A stretch of 59,762 nt of DNA, filler included. It is 3 parts of 3 records of this genome, joined end to end, with 100 filler letters (N's around TTAATTAATTAA, not from the genome) between each part and the next. Parts side by side here need not be neighbours in the genome. Positions count along the whole stretch, not along the records: positions 22,847 to 45,807 come from SRR31156797_7948; 2 more parts are not named here. One strand, given 5' to 3'. Positions within the stretch are counted from its first letter, which is position 1, and each line of letters opens with the position of its first letter. The translations under genes and the position numbers were made by a program. A model generated the notes under the pieces. The model saw only the letters and a list, made by a program, of their open reading frames with translations. It did not search any database and had not been told where the DNA came from. This document shows, in pieces, positions 32,101 to 40,803 of this stretch.

Positions 32101-33220
32101 GGCATTTGTTTCATATATACTTTATTTAGATGACCTGGAGAATCCATTATTAGCTGATTATACAGATAGCTCATATGTTTTTACATCACTTACAACCGGT
32201 TCGCATCAAGCTGGTGTTCAAAAAGTATATACCACTGATACTTCTGAAATTGTAACCATTGATTTTGATATTGTATTGGAATACACAGTGACATTTACTG
32301 TAACTGATGGAGCAAATCCACTTGAAGGAGCAACCGTTTCTATAAATAGTGAGGATCTCACAACTGATGCAAGCGGTGTCGCAACAATCGATCTTCCTGA
32401 TGGGGATTACCCATATACAATTTCACTTGCAGGTTATGAAGATTCAGTTGGTAGTGTTACTGTTGCAGGTAGCGCTGTAGACGTACCAATCGCACTTAAT
32501 ATGCTTGAATACACAGTAACATTTACTGTTACAGATGGAACAAACCCACTTGAAGGGGCAACCGTTTCGATTAATAGTGAGGATCTTACAACTGATGTAA
32601 GTGGTATTGCTACTATTGAATTAGCTAATGGTACTTATCCCTACACAGTTACATTAGATGGTTACGAGCCATTTAGTGATGAAGTAATTGTAGCAGGTTC
32701 TGATGTGAATGTTGACGTAGTAGCACCACCAAGTACTTATACTGTTTCAATAACCGTTCAAAACTCTGCGCTAGTTGCAATAGAAGGAGCTTCAGTTGAG
32801 TTGTCAGATGGCACAGACACATGGACTGAAACAACAAATGCTTCTGGTATAGCTGTGTTCTCAGATATTGCAAACGGTAGTTATGAAGCAATTGCTTCTG
32901 CCACAGGATATGAGAATGACACAATCTCAATTACAGTTGAAGGAGCTGATGTTGATGAAACAATTACGCTTTTAGATATTGGTATTAGTAGTGTGTCGGA
33001 TAACTTCAAACTATATCCAAATCCAACTTCAGGAATATTATTTGTGGAAGCAAATGGAACGAATGAAGTAACAGTTCTAAATGCAATTGGAAATGTGGTC
33101 AAAACAAAATTATTAGAAGGAAACGGTGAAATAGATCTTTCTGGATATACAGAAGGCATTTACTTTATACGATTGAAATCTGATGATAATATAGTTACGA
33201 AACGTATTATACTGGAATAA
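29198..33220 (+). CDS. 1340-aa T9SS-secreted surface protein, paralogous to the upstream gene
   Basis: Signal peptide; adhesin-like EDF...LITPVID...VDDV; same ~75-aa repeats; CTD LYPNPT...GIYFIRL...KRIILE. Confidence 0.85.
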   Translation: MLRNILVFLFIMLFLGFSSIAQKSTTVSRYLSPDKTDSQIKVVSQNNAKTTKSLLLTEDFSDGSLPTGWQSINNNGGPVVWEFDNPGGKTLNSSTGGNGFAICDSDFYGSFDAEDTDLITPVIDCSGATGVILSFEHWFDWGYGAVGEVFVSNDNGSTWTSIDAWGDNNGTDNAVVAEYNISTIAAGFSQVLVRWNWSSNDWCFSWAVDDVSITSIATSDAGVENVFPNFVRSNTTNDITLEIANKGFDDLNDFTIDVEINDGSTVLYSSTKSITGAGLTTDSSQFYIMDDQWTNTGEGAYNIIASVNLTGDENDLNDTVESTINSAELSYQRDKVYGYERINTDNFEQNQYLVEINANTGAYSVIGSTGIDEIRTGDFVGTYPNLEYVVTVGNLLYVLNSDGTPYYYGEVDLAISQFKGFTWDATQDLFYATDGKILYEINRLFEATEIGNIVGSDLMLGLAANSQGDLYGIGSDDNLYQINTTTGAGSIVGSLGVDVANRQDIAFDRQNDVLYGTLFNSGDLEGGLYTINLTTGGATLVGSKFQKQVTSCAIIGNQKYKALFNVSDGGSPVANAEIVIAGKTLNTDVDGKDSILLVSGEYPYNISASGFGDVFDTITILGDDLTENVTLSSAFSITFTIQDGVDPVQNATLFINGFEKGLTNASGQIVVELSPGDYDYTVVKEGFFDYESSITVVDTDFEEVVPFVAKLNVTFNFTDENSQPLQGVNLNINSTDYTSNSSGVVSFLIGPGDYPYTASIAGYNDSIGTLSVVDADVVRNIMMTGVRYTITFNVTDGVDPLENVNINIDDTDILTNAAGEATIDLPNGFYLYTATLENYDDVNGFIGVSGSDVQRDIEMTESLYPVVITVKNILDDPLTGAIVSINEIDSITNVSGVATFELPVGSYEVITAFDGYINDTVQITSTSAVDAFDVVLLEDIQDPQNLDIVVNGDEATFSWDQEIKAPNKAFVSYILYLDDLENPLLADYTDSSYVFTSLTTGSHQAGVQKVYTTDTSEIVTIDFDIVLEYTVTFTVTDGANPLEGATVSINSEDLTTDASGVATIDLPDGDYPYTISLAGYEDSVGSVTVAGSAVDVPIALNMLEYTVTFTVTDGTNPLEGATVSINSEDLTTDVSGIATIELANGTYPYTVTLDGYEPFSDEVIVAGSDVNVDVVAPPSTYTVSITVQNSALVAIEGASVELSDGTDTWTETTNASGIAVFSDIANGSYEAIASATGYENDTISITVEGADVDETITLLDIGISSVSDNFKLYPNPTSGILFVEANGTNEVTVLNAIGNVVKTKLLEGNGEIDLSGYTEGIYFIRLKSDDNIVTKRIILE

Positions 33221-33238
33221 TATAGTTTCTAAAATATT

Positions 33239-33269
33239 TAAAGGCCGTCAGTTATTGGCGGCCTTTTTT
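33239..33269 (+). terminator. Intrinsic terminator
   Basis: AAGGCCGTCA...TGGCGGCCTT followed by a T-tract. Confidence 0.8.
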
Positions 33270-33475
33270 ATGAGTATAACTTATATTAATTATCCTGAGC
33301 TCGGTCTTAGGATGTTCTATATGGTTTGATTACTTGATGATTTAGTTACAATATCATATATAGCTACAAATTTTATAAACAAATAGACAAATAAGCAAAT
33401 CACCAGCTTTGGGCAATAATTAAAATTAAATGATTGCCGATAGTTTACTTGATTTTTATACGTAACTGACGTTAA

Positions 33476-34363
33476 TTATCTAAACCAATGACCTACTATT
33501 TTATTTTTTTGATAACTAATTGCAGGTAAAGGGATCTTTACCATATTAAGAGCTCGGAAAAGTATCTTTAACCCTCTACTTTTAGTTTTAATTTTTTGCC
33601 AGTCTATATCAGGTGATATGAAAAACTGCCTGTAGCGCTGAATATCTTTGAAATTTTCTGGATTTGATTCGCCTCCTAGCATCCCGTTACCGCTATAACC
33701 AATGGCTATAGCAAACCAATCAGGCAGGTAATCAGTTTTTATGAAGCTATTTAAATTAGCACTTAACCAATAAGTTTGGGCATTATAATCTTTCAATAAA
33801 ACTTCAGGGTAGCCATCACCCAAAGCATCAGGGCGTTTTTTAGCATATGGCGATTGTTTATAGCTAAATTTCATTCTTAATCTTTGCTCTTTCCATAATA
33901 ATTCTTGAGACAGGTAAAGTAATCCTCCGGCGCTATTTGCTAATAAATCACCATAGGAAGCGCCCCATTCTGCAGAAAACCCGTCATATATTTCAATACT
34001 CGAAATAGCAAAAATGGAGATTCCGGTACTTAGCCACATGGCTTTTTTTCTTTCCATACCTGTTTTCTGTAGCAAAAAACTGTTTTGATAGGCTATTTGA
34101 TATGTGGCATAGCTGTGGCCAATTTTATCCATTTGGAGCCATTCATTGTTATCATTAAACCAATGAAAATCAGATCTTGGATAATCGGCATACCAGGCTT
34201 GTCCCAGAGCCAGCATACTTGCTCCATAAAAAGCAGCCTCGCCTATGATTAAATGATGTGGTTTTATACGAGAAATTGTATCAACTCTTTCCTGGCCTTG
34301 AGTAGAATTGATGAAGGCCAGAATAATGATAAATAAGAATATTTTAAATTTTACAGTTTGCAA
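33476..34363 (-). CDS. DUF2279/YfiM-family exported protein
   Basis: Motifs WLQMDKIGH, EIYDGFSAEWGAS.GDL.AN and KDYNAQTYWLS. Confidence 0.8.
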   Translation of the reverse strand: MQTVKFKIFLFIIILAFINSTQGQERVDTISRIKPHHLIIGEAAFYGASMLALGQAWYADYPRSDFHWFNDNNEWLQMDKIGHSYATYQIAYQNSFLLQKTGMERKKAMWLSTGISIFAISSIEIYDGFSAEWGASYGDLLANSAGGLLYLSQELLWKEQRLRMKFSYKQSPYAKKRPDALGDGYPEVLLKDYNAQTYWLSANLNSFIKTDYLPDWFAIAIGYSGNGMLGGESNPENFKDIQRYRQFFISPDIDWQKIKTKSRGLKILFRALNMVKIPLPAISYQKNKIVGHWFR

Positions 34364-34379
34364 AGCTTCTCGTTTGTCA

Positions 34380-34387
34380 CAAAGCTA
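34380..34387 (-). promoter_or_regulatory. Bacteroidota -7 promoter element
   Basis: TAGCTTTG (TAnnTTTG) on the minus strand just upstream of the start codon. Confidence 0.55.
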
Positions 34388-34398
34388 AGCTTTTCTCT

Positions 34399-36636
34399 TT
34401 AATTGAATACTTGTTTATCTATTTTGGACTGGAAAGGTGTGTCTTTAGCTTTTTGTTCAATTTCTTCCTCTCTTATTTTTTGTAAAGAAATAATTATCTT
34501 TTCTACCACACCTTCGTTTTTGATTCCATTAGACTTTAACTTTAAATTAAATTCATTACCAATTACTGTGAGTGTAACATATGCTTTTCCAATTCCTCCG
34601 GAATATGCTGCCTGTAGTAATGTGCTTAATTGATATTTGAAGTTCTCAGTTTTTACAAAATTGAAAATGGTTTGTCCTTTAATTGAAGTACCTGCAATGT
34701 TAAATAAGTCTTCAGATAATTTATTGATTTCAATAATATCTCCATCAGGAGTTACCTCAATAATAGGTACTATTTCTTGTATGGCGCCAAGCTCCTTTAT
34801 TAAAGAATTTTCTCTTCTATTGGCCTCCTCCTGAGTAGCTTGCATCTCTTCCATGTTTTGTCTGAGTTCTTCTTCTTGTGATGCTATTTCATCAGCTTGC
34901 TCTTGAGCTTGCTCCAATAGTTTTTGAGTTTGTTCGTTTATTTTAATGGCTGAAACAGTCGTTCCAAGATTCTCAGCAATTCTTTCAATAAAGCCCTGTA
35001 TATGATCTGTAAACTCATTAAAACTTGCTATTTCAATTACACCCATAACATCATTGTCCTTTTTAATTGGGGCAATAAAAATATTTGTAGGTGTTGCATA
35101 ACCCAATCCCGAAGTAATTTTAATGTAATCGTCAGGAATATTTGTCATATAAATACTTTTCTTTTCAAATGCACAGCGACCAACAATATCTTTTCCTAAT
35201 TCAATTCTATCACCGGCTAGTTTATCTCTACCGTAGGCTACTGCAGCAATTTTATCAAGATATTTTTCATCGCCTTCTTCCTGTAAAATGAACAGTGCTC
35301 CCTGATTAGCATCAATATAGGTAATTAATTCTGATAACATTTTATATCCCATTTCTTTGAGATCTTTATCATAACTTCGCATAATATCGCTGAACTTTGC
35401 TACTCCTTCATTCAGCCAATTACGAATTTTATCTTTCTTTTCATTTTCTGCACGCTCTTCAGCCAGCTCAAGCAATTGCCTTCTCATTTCTACAAGGGCA
35501 CCGCCAAGATCACCTTTATTACCAAATACATTAATTTCCTCTTTTAAATTTCCCTTTCCAACAGCTAATGCAAATTCTCTGGTATTTCTCAGGTTATCAA
35601 GAAGTTCATTAATTGACTTGATCATATCAGCAATTTCATCGTTTTTCTTTATTTCTAAACTATCAGGTAATTCACCATTTCCGAGCCGAAGAATAAATGT
35701 CCGTAATCGTTTTATAGAATTCAATATTCTTCTGGTTACTCCAATTAAAATTGAAATGATAATGAGTGTTAGGATCAAGCTTACAATAAATAGCGTTTGT
35801 ATTGCTGTGTTTACTTCTTCTCTTGCTTTTTCGCTTATGATTTTCTGAATTTCTGAAACGCTATTTTCAATTTTCTTACTTGTATTATTTAGCTCATGAA
35901 TTAGTCCCATTTGCTGAGTAAGACCAATCTTAATATCCTTTTGAATCACATTTTCAAAAAGTGAATAATAACTGTCTAGTAAAATGATAAAATCATCACC
36001 ATTTGAGATATTTGATGCGTTAATTTGACCTTTAAGTTTGGTTAGATTTTTATTGAATTTTTCCAAATATTTTAAGTCTTTTCTTAAGAGATAGTCTTTT
36101 TCATTTCTTCTCAACATTAGCATTGAAATCGTAAATTCAGGGTGCTTGCTATGTATTTTAGCCATAGTTTCCACTTTGTGAATTTTTTCTCTCATTTCAC
36201 CAATTAAACCATAATCTTTGAATCCTTTTTCCAATGAGATAGTTAACATTTTTTCAAAAGAATTTTGATAATTGGTAAATAACTGATTGAGTTTTGATAG
36301 ATTCAGTGTTAATCCATTGTTTTTAATGATTTTTTCCAATTTTAACTGATCAATACTATTAGTTACCTCTTGAATTAAATCATTGAAATCATCCTGATAT
36401 GTGCTTCGTTGATTTTTATAAAAGTCAATATTTTTGGTTTCAAGATTGATGAAGTCTTTCTCGAGTTTGCGCAATTGTAACTCACTGTAATTAATGTCTT
36501 TGATTAAAGACATGGCATCAAAATGTTTTAATGCGTTATGGATATAAAAATTTGCAACTAAGCCAATTACAAACAAAATAATAAATATCCCAATAGCTGT
36601 GGCATAGAGCCTTGATTTAATAGTAATTCTTCGCAT
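34399..36636 (-). CDS. Membrane sensor: TM, chemoreceptor-like periplasmic helical domain, TM, HAMP, GAF, coiled coil, PAS; no output domain
   Basis: LRRNEKDYLLR periplasmic motif; DEIADM HAMP; ANQGALF...GVIEIAS GAF; EEELRQNMEEMQATQEE. ATG at 36636 preferred over TTG at 36654. Confidence 0.78.
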   Translation of the reverse strand: MRRITIKSRLYATAIGIFIILFVIGLVANFYIHNALKHFDAMSLIKDINYSELQLRKLEKDFINLETKNIDFYKNQRSTYQDDFNDLIQEVTNSIDQLKLEKIIKNNGLTLNLSKLNQLFTNYQNSFEKMLTISLEKGFKDYGLIGEMREKIHKVETMAKIHSKHPEFTISMLMLRRNEKDYLLRKDLKYLEKFNKNLTKLKGQINASNISNGDDFIILLDSYYSLFENVIQKDIKIGLTQQMGLIHELNNTSKKIENSVSEIQKIISEKAREEVNTAIQTLFIVSLILTLIIISILIGVTRRILNSIKRLRTFILRLGNGELPDSLEIKKNDEIADMIKSINELLDNLRNTREFALAVGKGNLKEEINVFGNKGDLGGALVEMRRQLLELAEERAENEKKDKIRNWLNEGVAKFSDIMRSYDKDLKEMGYKMLSELITYIDANQGALFILQEEGDEKYLDKIAAVAYGRDKLAGDRIELGKDIVGRCAFEKKSIYMTNIPDDYIKITSGLGYATPTNIFIAPIKKDNDVMGVIEIASFNEFTDHIQGFIERIAENLGTTVSAIKINEQTQKLLEQAQEQADEIASQEEELRQNMEEMQATQEEANRRENSLIKELGAIQEIVPIIEVTPDGDIIEINKLSEDLFNIAGTSIKGQTIFNFVKTENFKYQLSTLLQAAYSGGIGKAYVTLTVIGNEFNLKLKSNGIKNEGVVEKIIISLQKIREEEIEQKAKDTPFQSKIDKQVFN

Positions 36637-36785
36637 GGTAACCCTTTTGTACAAAGCAAATAATTAGGATTGTTTAAGTAATTATCTAAACGTTATTTGA
36701 ACGTTAAATCGGTTGCTTAGGGTATTTATAATTATTATTTGTGAAAGTTAAAATTAGGTGCTAACTTTAAGAAAAATTATCGATT

Positions 36786-37184
36786 ATGGAACAATTACCC
36801 TGGACAGATATAGACTGGAAAGGAAAAAAAATATTGCTGGCAGAAGATGAAGAGGTAAATCTCATCTTTTTCGAAGAATTGCTGGAAGATACCGGCGTTG
36901 AGCTAATTATTGCTTCCGATGGGCAAACAACAGTTGATGAAGCATTGTCAAATAATGATATTGATCTGATTTTAATGGATGTGAAGATGCCTGTAATGAG
37001 TGGACTTGATGCAACCAGAAAAATTAAGGAGAAATTGCCAAAAATTCCAATTATCGCTCAAACAGCCTATGCAATGGAAGATGAAAAGCAACATTGTCTT
37101 GATGCAGGTTGTGATGATTATATTGCAAAACCAATTGATCCTAATGATCTTTTTGCTTTATTGAAGAAATATATGGACAAATAA
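36786..37184 (+). CDS. Stand-alone response regulator receiver domain
   Basis: Motifs LLAEDE, LMDVKMP, QTA and YIAKP. Confidence 0.92.
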   Translation: MEQLPWTDIDWKGKKILLAEDEEVNLIFFEELLEDTGVELIIASDGQTTVDEALSNNDIDLILMDVKMPVMSGLDATRKIKEKLPKIPIIAQTAYAMEDEKQHCLDAGCDDYIAKPIDPNDLFALLKKYMDK

Positions 37185-37257
37185 AATGCATGTTATTGTT
37201 TTGCATAGTTTTTGTTTTTCGTGGTTGAAAATTTAACCACGATTTTTTTTTTTGCCA

Positions 37258-38670
37258 ATGATACGATTAAAATATTTAAGTGTTTTTTTGCTAATAGCTG
37301 TCTCTACTTTTGCTCAGAATGATGTCAAAGTTGATTCTCTCAAATTGAGGCCTGTTAAGGATAGCTTATATATTCAAATGGATACTACCCTTCAGGAAAA
37401 AAATCCAGATACTTTAAAAGTCTCAAACAATAAAGAAATTAAAGCTAATGATACTGCTCAATATGATTTTTCTCGTGTCATTGATAGTCTTAAATTATTG
37501 CCTGAGCAGTTGAACGCTAAAATAAGTGTTTTGCATGTTGAAAAAGACACCTTGAACCAACAAGTTGGTCGACTAAATGATTCAATTAAAGGGATATTGG
37601 TTCAATACGATTCTTTATTGACAAAACATCAGATATTCTTAAAAGAGCACAAATTATTTGAAGATTCTCTTTTATTAGCAAAAAGTACGATTGATAGTTT
37701 AACCCTTCAAGTTGAAAGATTGCGTAAAAGAAATGAGCTTCTTCAACCTCTCAATAAGGAATTGAACGAGCAAATTCAAAATCTGGAAGAAAAAATTGCA
37801 TTGCAAAGTCAAATGCTTGATCAGCAAATTCAAAAAATAAAGGAAAAGGAGCTTCTTTTTGCTGAGAAAGAGCTGATTTACAAGAATGCAATACAGGAAT
37901 CAAAAATAGATTTGGTCAAATTAGAAGGTCAACTGCAAACTAAGAATAGCGAGTTGGCCGGGAAAGACAGGGAAATTGAATTATTGGCCGAAAGTATTGC
38001 CGAACGGAAATCAGATATTAGCGCCAAGAATAAAGAGATTGAGCAAATTAAAGAGAAAAGAAATAGTGAAATTGTAAAAATAGATACGCTTCGTGACCAT
38101 ATAGCAAAAGTTGAGAAAGATTTATTATTGGCTAAAACAAATTTAGAATACTCTACAAAAGAGATTAAAGCTTTGAAACAGAGAATTCATGAGCTTACCA
38201 ATAAAAAGAAAAAAATTAGACTGGTGCAAGGTATAGCTATTCGAAACTTTAGAAGTCCTTTATATTCTTTAGCACCGGAAAGCTCGGATAATCCTGATAG
38301 ATATGTGATTAGTAATGAAAATGCCGGAGATTACGAATTTGATTTTGTAACCGGAGCTACTTTCAGATTACTTGATCTTAATAAAGAAGACGCTAAATAT
38401 ACTTCTGATGTAGGTTTTTTTCTTGGTTTTGGAGGTAAAAATTTATTTAAGAACTTTTACATAGGTCCTAACATTAAAATTTTCGATGTAATTCACATTA
38501 ATGCAGGTATAAATATTGCTGAATACCGTTTGCTGAAAAGTGGCTTTAGTGAAGGGGACCTGGTTCCTCAAGGAATGTCGATCCCGACAGTAAGTAAGTG
38601 GGAAATTACGCCTTATTTCGGGTTGACCTTTGATTTTAGCCTAATTACATCAATAGCGGGTAAACTTTAA
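37258..38670 (+). CDS. Exported long coiled-coil protein with beta-rich C-terminal domain, function unknown
   Basis: Signal peptide ending TFA-Q; heptad-rich K/E/Q/L region; amphipathic strands near the C-terminus (PYFGLTFDF). Confidence 0.7.
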   Translation: MIRLKYLSVFLLIAVSTFAQNDVKVDSLKLRPVKDSLYIQMDTTLQEKNPDTLKVSNNKEIKANDTAQYDFSRVIDSLKLLPEQLNAKISVLHVEKDTLNQQVGRLNDSIKGILVQYDSLLTKHQIFLKEHKLFEDSLLLAKSTIDSLTLQVERLRKRNELLQPLNKELNEQIQNLEEKIALQSQMLDQQIQKIKEKELLFAEKELIYKNAIQESKIDLVKLEGQLQTKNSELAGKDREIELLAESIAERKSDISAKNKEIEQIKEKRNSEIVKIDTLRDHIAKVEKDLLLAKTNLEYSTKEIKALKQRIHELTNKKKKIRLVQGIAIRNFRSPLYSLAPESSDNPDRYVISNENAGDYEFDFVTGATFRLLDLNKEDAKYTSDVGFFLGFGGKNLFKNFYIGPNIKIFDVIHINAGINIAEYRLLKSGFSEGDLVPQGMSIPTVSKWEITPYFGLTFDFSLITSIAGKL

Positions 38671-38764
38671 TCAATTTTTGCCAAGCTTTTATCCTTTTTA
38701 TTGGACTTTTCCTAAACCATGTAATTATGCATTTGTTATTAGTGAGTAGACAAATGTATTATTG

Positions 38765-40675
38765 ATGGGAACTCAATCAAAAGAACAATTTAATCTTACT
38801 ATTCCTGATAATTTAATTCCGGTTTTTGATAAACTTGGAAATGTCAATTTATTGTATAATCAGTTTGAACAGAATCCACAAGCTATTTTAATCACAAATA
38901 CCAATGGTGAAACCATTTATGTTAATAAAAAGATGGTTGAGCTTACTGGTTATACCCGAGATGAGTTAGTGGGCGAAAATCCTTCTAAGCTGAAAAGTGG
39001 AGCCCAGCCTGATTCATTTTACGATAGGCTATGGGATAATATTCGTAAAGGTGAAACTTTTGAATCTCGATTTAAAAATAAGAAGAAAAGTGGTGAGCTA
39101 TATTGGGCTTACTCAGTAATCAGTGCGCTTTATAATGATAACAAAGAGATTGTTGGGTTTATAGCCATTCAGGAAGATATTACTAATCTTGTAAAATTCG
39201 AAGAAGAAAATATTGAAAATGAATTCGTTCTTCAAAATCTAACTAGATCTCTTCCTAATATAGGTATAATAGTATTAAGTCATGACCCTGATGAAGTATT
39301 TCAGGCCGAAGGTGAAATTATTCAGGAATTTTTCTCAGACAAAAAACCAACATATGAGGACTTAGTTAATGCTTTTAAAGTATATGGCTATAATCTTGGC
39401 ACTGAAGTAAAGAAATTTTGTTCCAAGGGCAGTGGAAGACGCAAAAAAGTGCAAGTTGATGAACGAACTATTGATTTTCATATTTCCCCGGTTCAAATCT
39501 CTAATTCTGAGAAATCATATTGTTTGCTGGTTATAAGAGATGTTACTTACTATCAAAAAATCATTGAGCAGGTTCAAAATAGTGAAAAACAACTAGAAGC
39601 TATTTTTCAAAATGCCGGTGTAGGTATTGCCATTCTTGATCCTGCCGGGAAACACTTACGAACAAATAATGGCTGGTCTGATCTAATTGGATATACAAAG
39701 TCTGAAATCCTAAACGCTACTGTTCATGATTTTGTGCATCCTGAAGATATGGATGTTTTAAGACCTGAATTACACCAGGTTTTAAAAGGTGTAAAGAGTT
39801 CAGTGAGGGTTGAAACAAGAGCTATTAGAAAGGATAAAAGGGTTATTTGGGGTGATGTGAGTATTACAGCTATTCGAGGACAAAATAATGAAGTAACTGC
39901 AGTTATTGCAGTATTTGTTGATATTACTGATAATAAGCTAAACAGAGATGCACTTGAGAAAAGTGAAAAACAATTTAGAGAGTTAAATGCAACCAAGGAT
40001 AAATTCTTTTCGATTATATCACATGATTTGAAAAATCCCTTTAGTAATATTTTAGGATTAACAGATCTGGTCTTAGAAGATCCGGATGATAAAACCCATG
40101 ATCAATTGCTAAGTTATATTCAGGCAATTAATTCATCAGCTAATCAAGCTTATAGTTTATTACAAAATCTGCTTGATTGGTCCCGCTCACAAACAGGTGC
40201 AATGTCTCCGGCGCTGGTTCATCATGATTTGTATGATATCGTATCAACTTCAATTGATCATGTGATTAATATGGCAGATTCTAAAAATATATCCATTGAG
40301 AATAATATGAATACTGATCAATGGGTGATTTGTGACTATGATATGATGAATACTGTCGTTCGCAACCTTCTTACAAATGCTATAAAATTTAGTCATAAGG
40401 ATTCGAAAATTGAGATTTCGAGCCAAAAAGAAAAAAGTTATACAACTTTAATCATCCAAGATTATGGAGTAGGTATGGCTGATGATTTTAAAAATAAGCA
40501 TTTTGATATAACTCATAATATTTCTAGTCCTGGTACAAATAATGAAAAAGGAACTGGCTTAGGGTTAATCCTTGTCAATGATTTTGTCAAGTTGAATAAT
40601 GGAGAATTATCTTTTGAAAGCCAATTGGATGAAGGTACTACCTTTAAAGTAAAAATACCTAATGAGGTTGTTTAA
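38765..40675 (+). CDS. Cytoplasmic multi-PAS sensor histidine kinase
   Basis: PAS/PAC regions; H-box SHDLKNP; RNLLTNAIKF, DYGVG and EKGTGLGL. Confidence 0.92.
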   Translation: MGTQSKEQFNLTIPDNLIPVFDKLGNVNLLYNQFEQNPQAILITNTNGETIYVNKKMVELTGYTRDELVGENPSKLKSGAQPDSFYDRLWDNIRKGETFESRFKNKKKSGELYWAYSVISALYNDNKEIVGFIAIQEDITNLVKFEEENIENEFVLQNLTRSLPNIGIIVLSHDPDEVFQAEGEIIQEFFSDKKPTYEDLVNAFKVYGYNLGTEVKKFCSKGSGRRKKVQVDERTIDFHISPVQISNSEKSYCLLVIRDVTYYQKIIEQVQNSEKQLEAIFQNAGVGIAILDPAGKHLRTNNGWSDLIGYTKSEILNATVHDFVHPEDMDVLRPELHQVLKGVKSSVRVETRAIRKDKRVIWGDVSITAIRGQNNEVTAVIAVFVDITDNKLNRDALEKSEKQFRELNATKDKFFSIISHDLKNPFSNILGLTDLVLEDPDDKTHDQLLSYIQAINSSANQAYSLLQNLLDWSRSQTGAMSPALVHHDLYDIVSTSIDHVINMADSKNISIENNMNTDQWVICDYDMMNTVVRNLLTNAIKFSHKDSKIEISSQKEKSYTTLIIQDYGVGMADDFKNKHFDITHNISSPGTNNEKGTGLGLILVNDFVKLNNGELSFESQLDEGTTFKVKIPNEVV

Positions 40676-40803
40676 TAGGCTTCTTTTGAAAAAAATGAAT
40701 AAAATCAACCAACTAACCTTTGATTATTTTAATTTTGTTTAAATAAAATTAGATGTTTTTTGTGTTTCTGGTTTTATTGCCAAGGGTTTATAAAGATTAT
40801 AAA

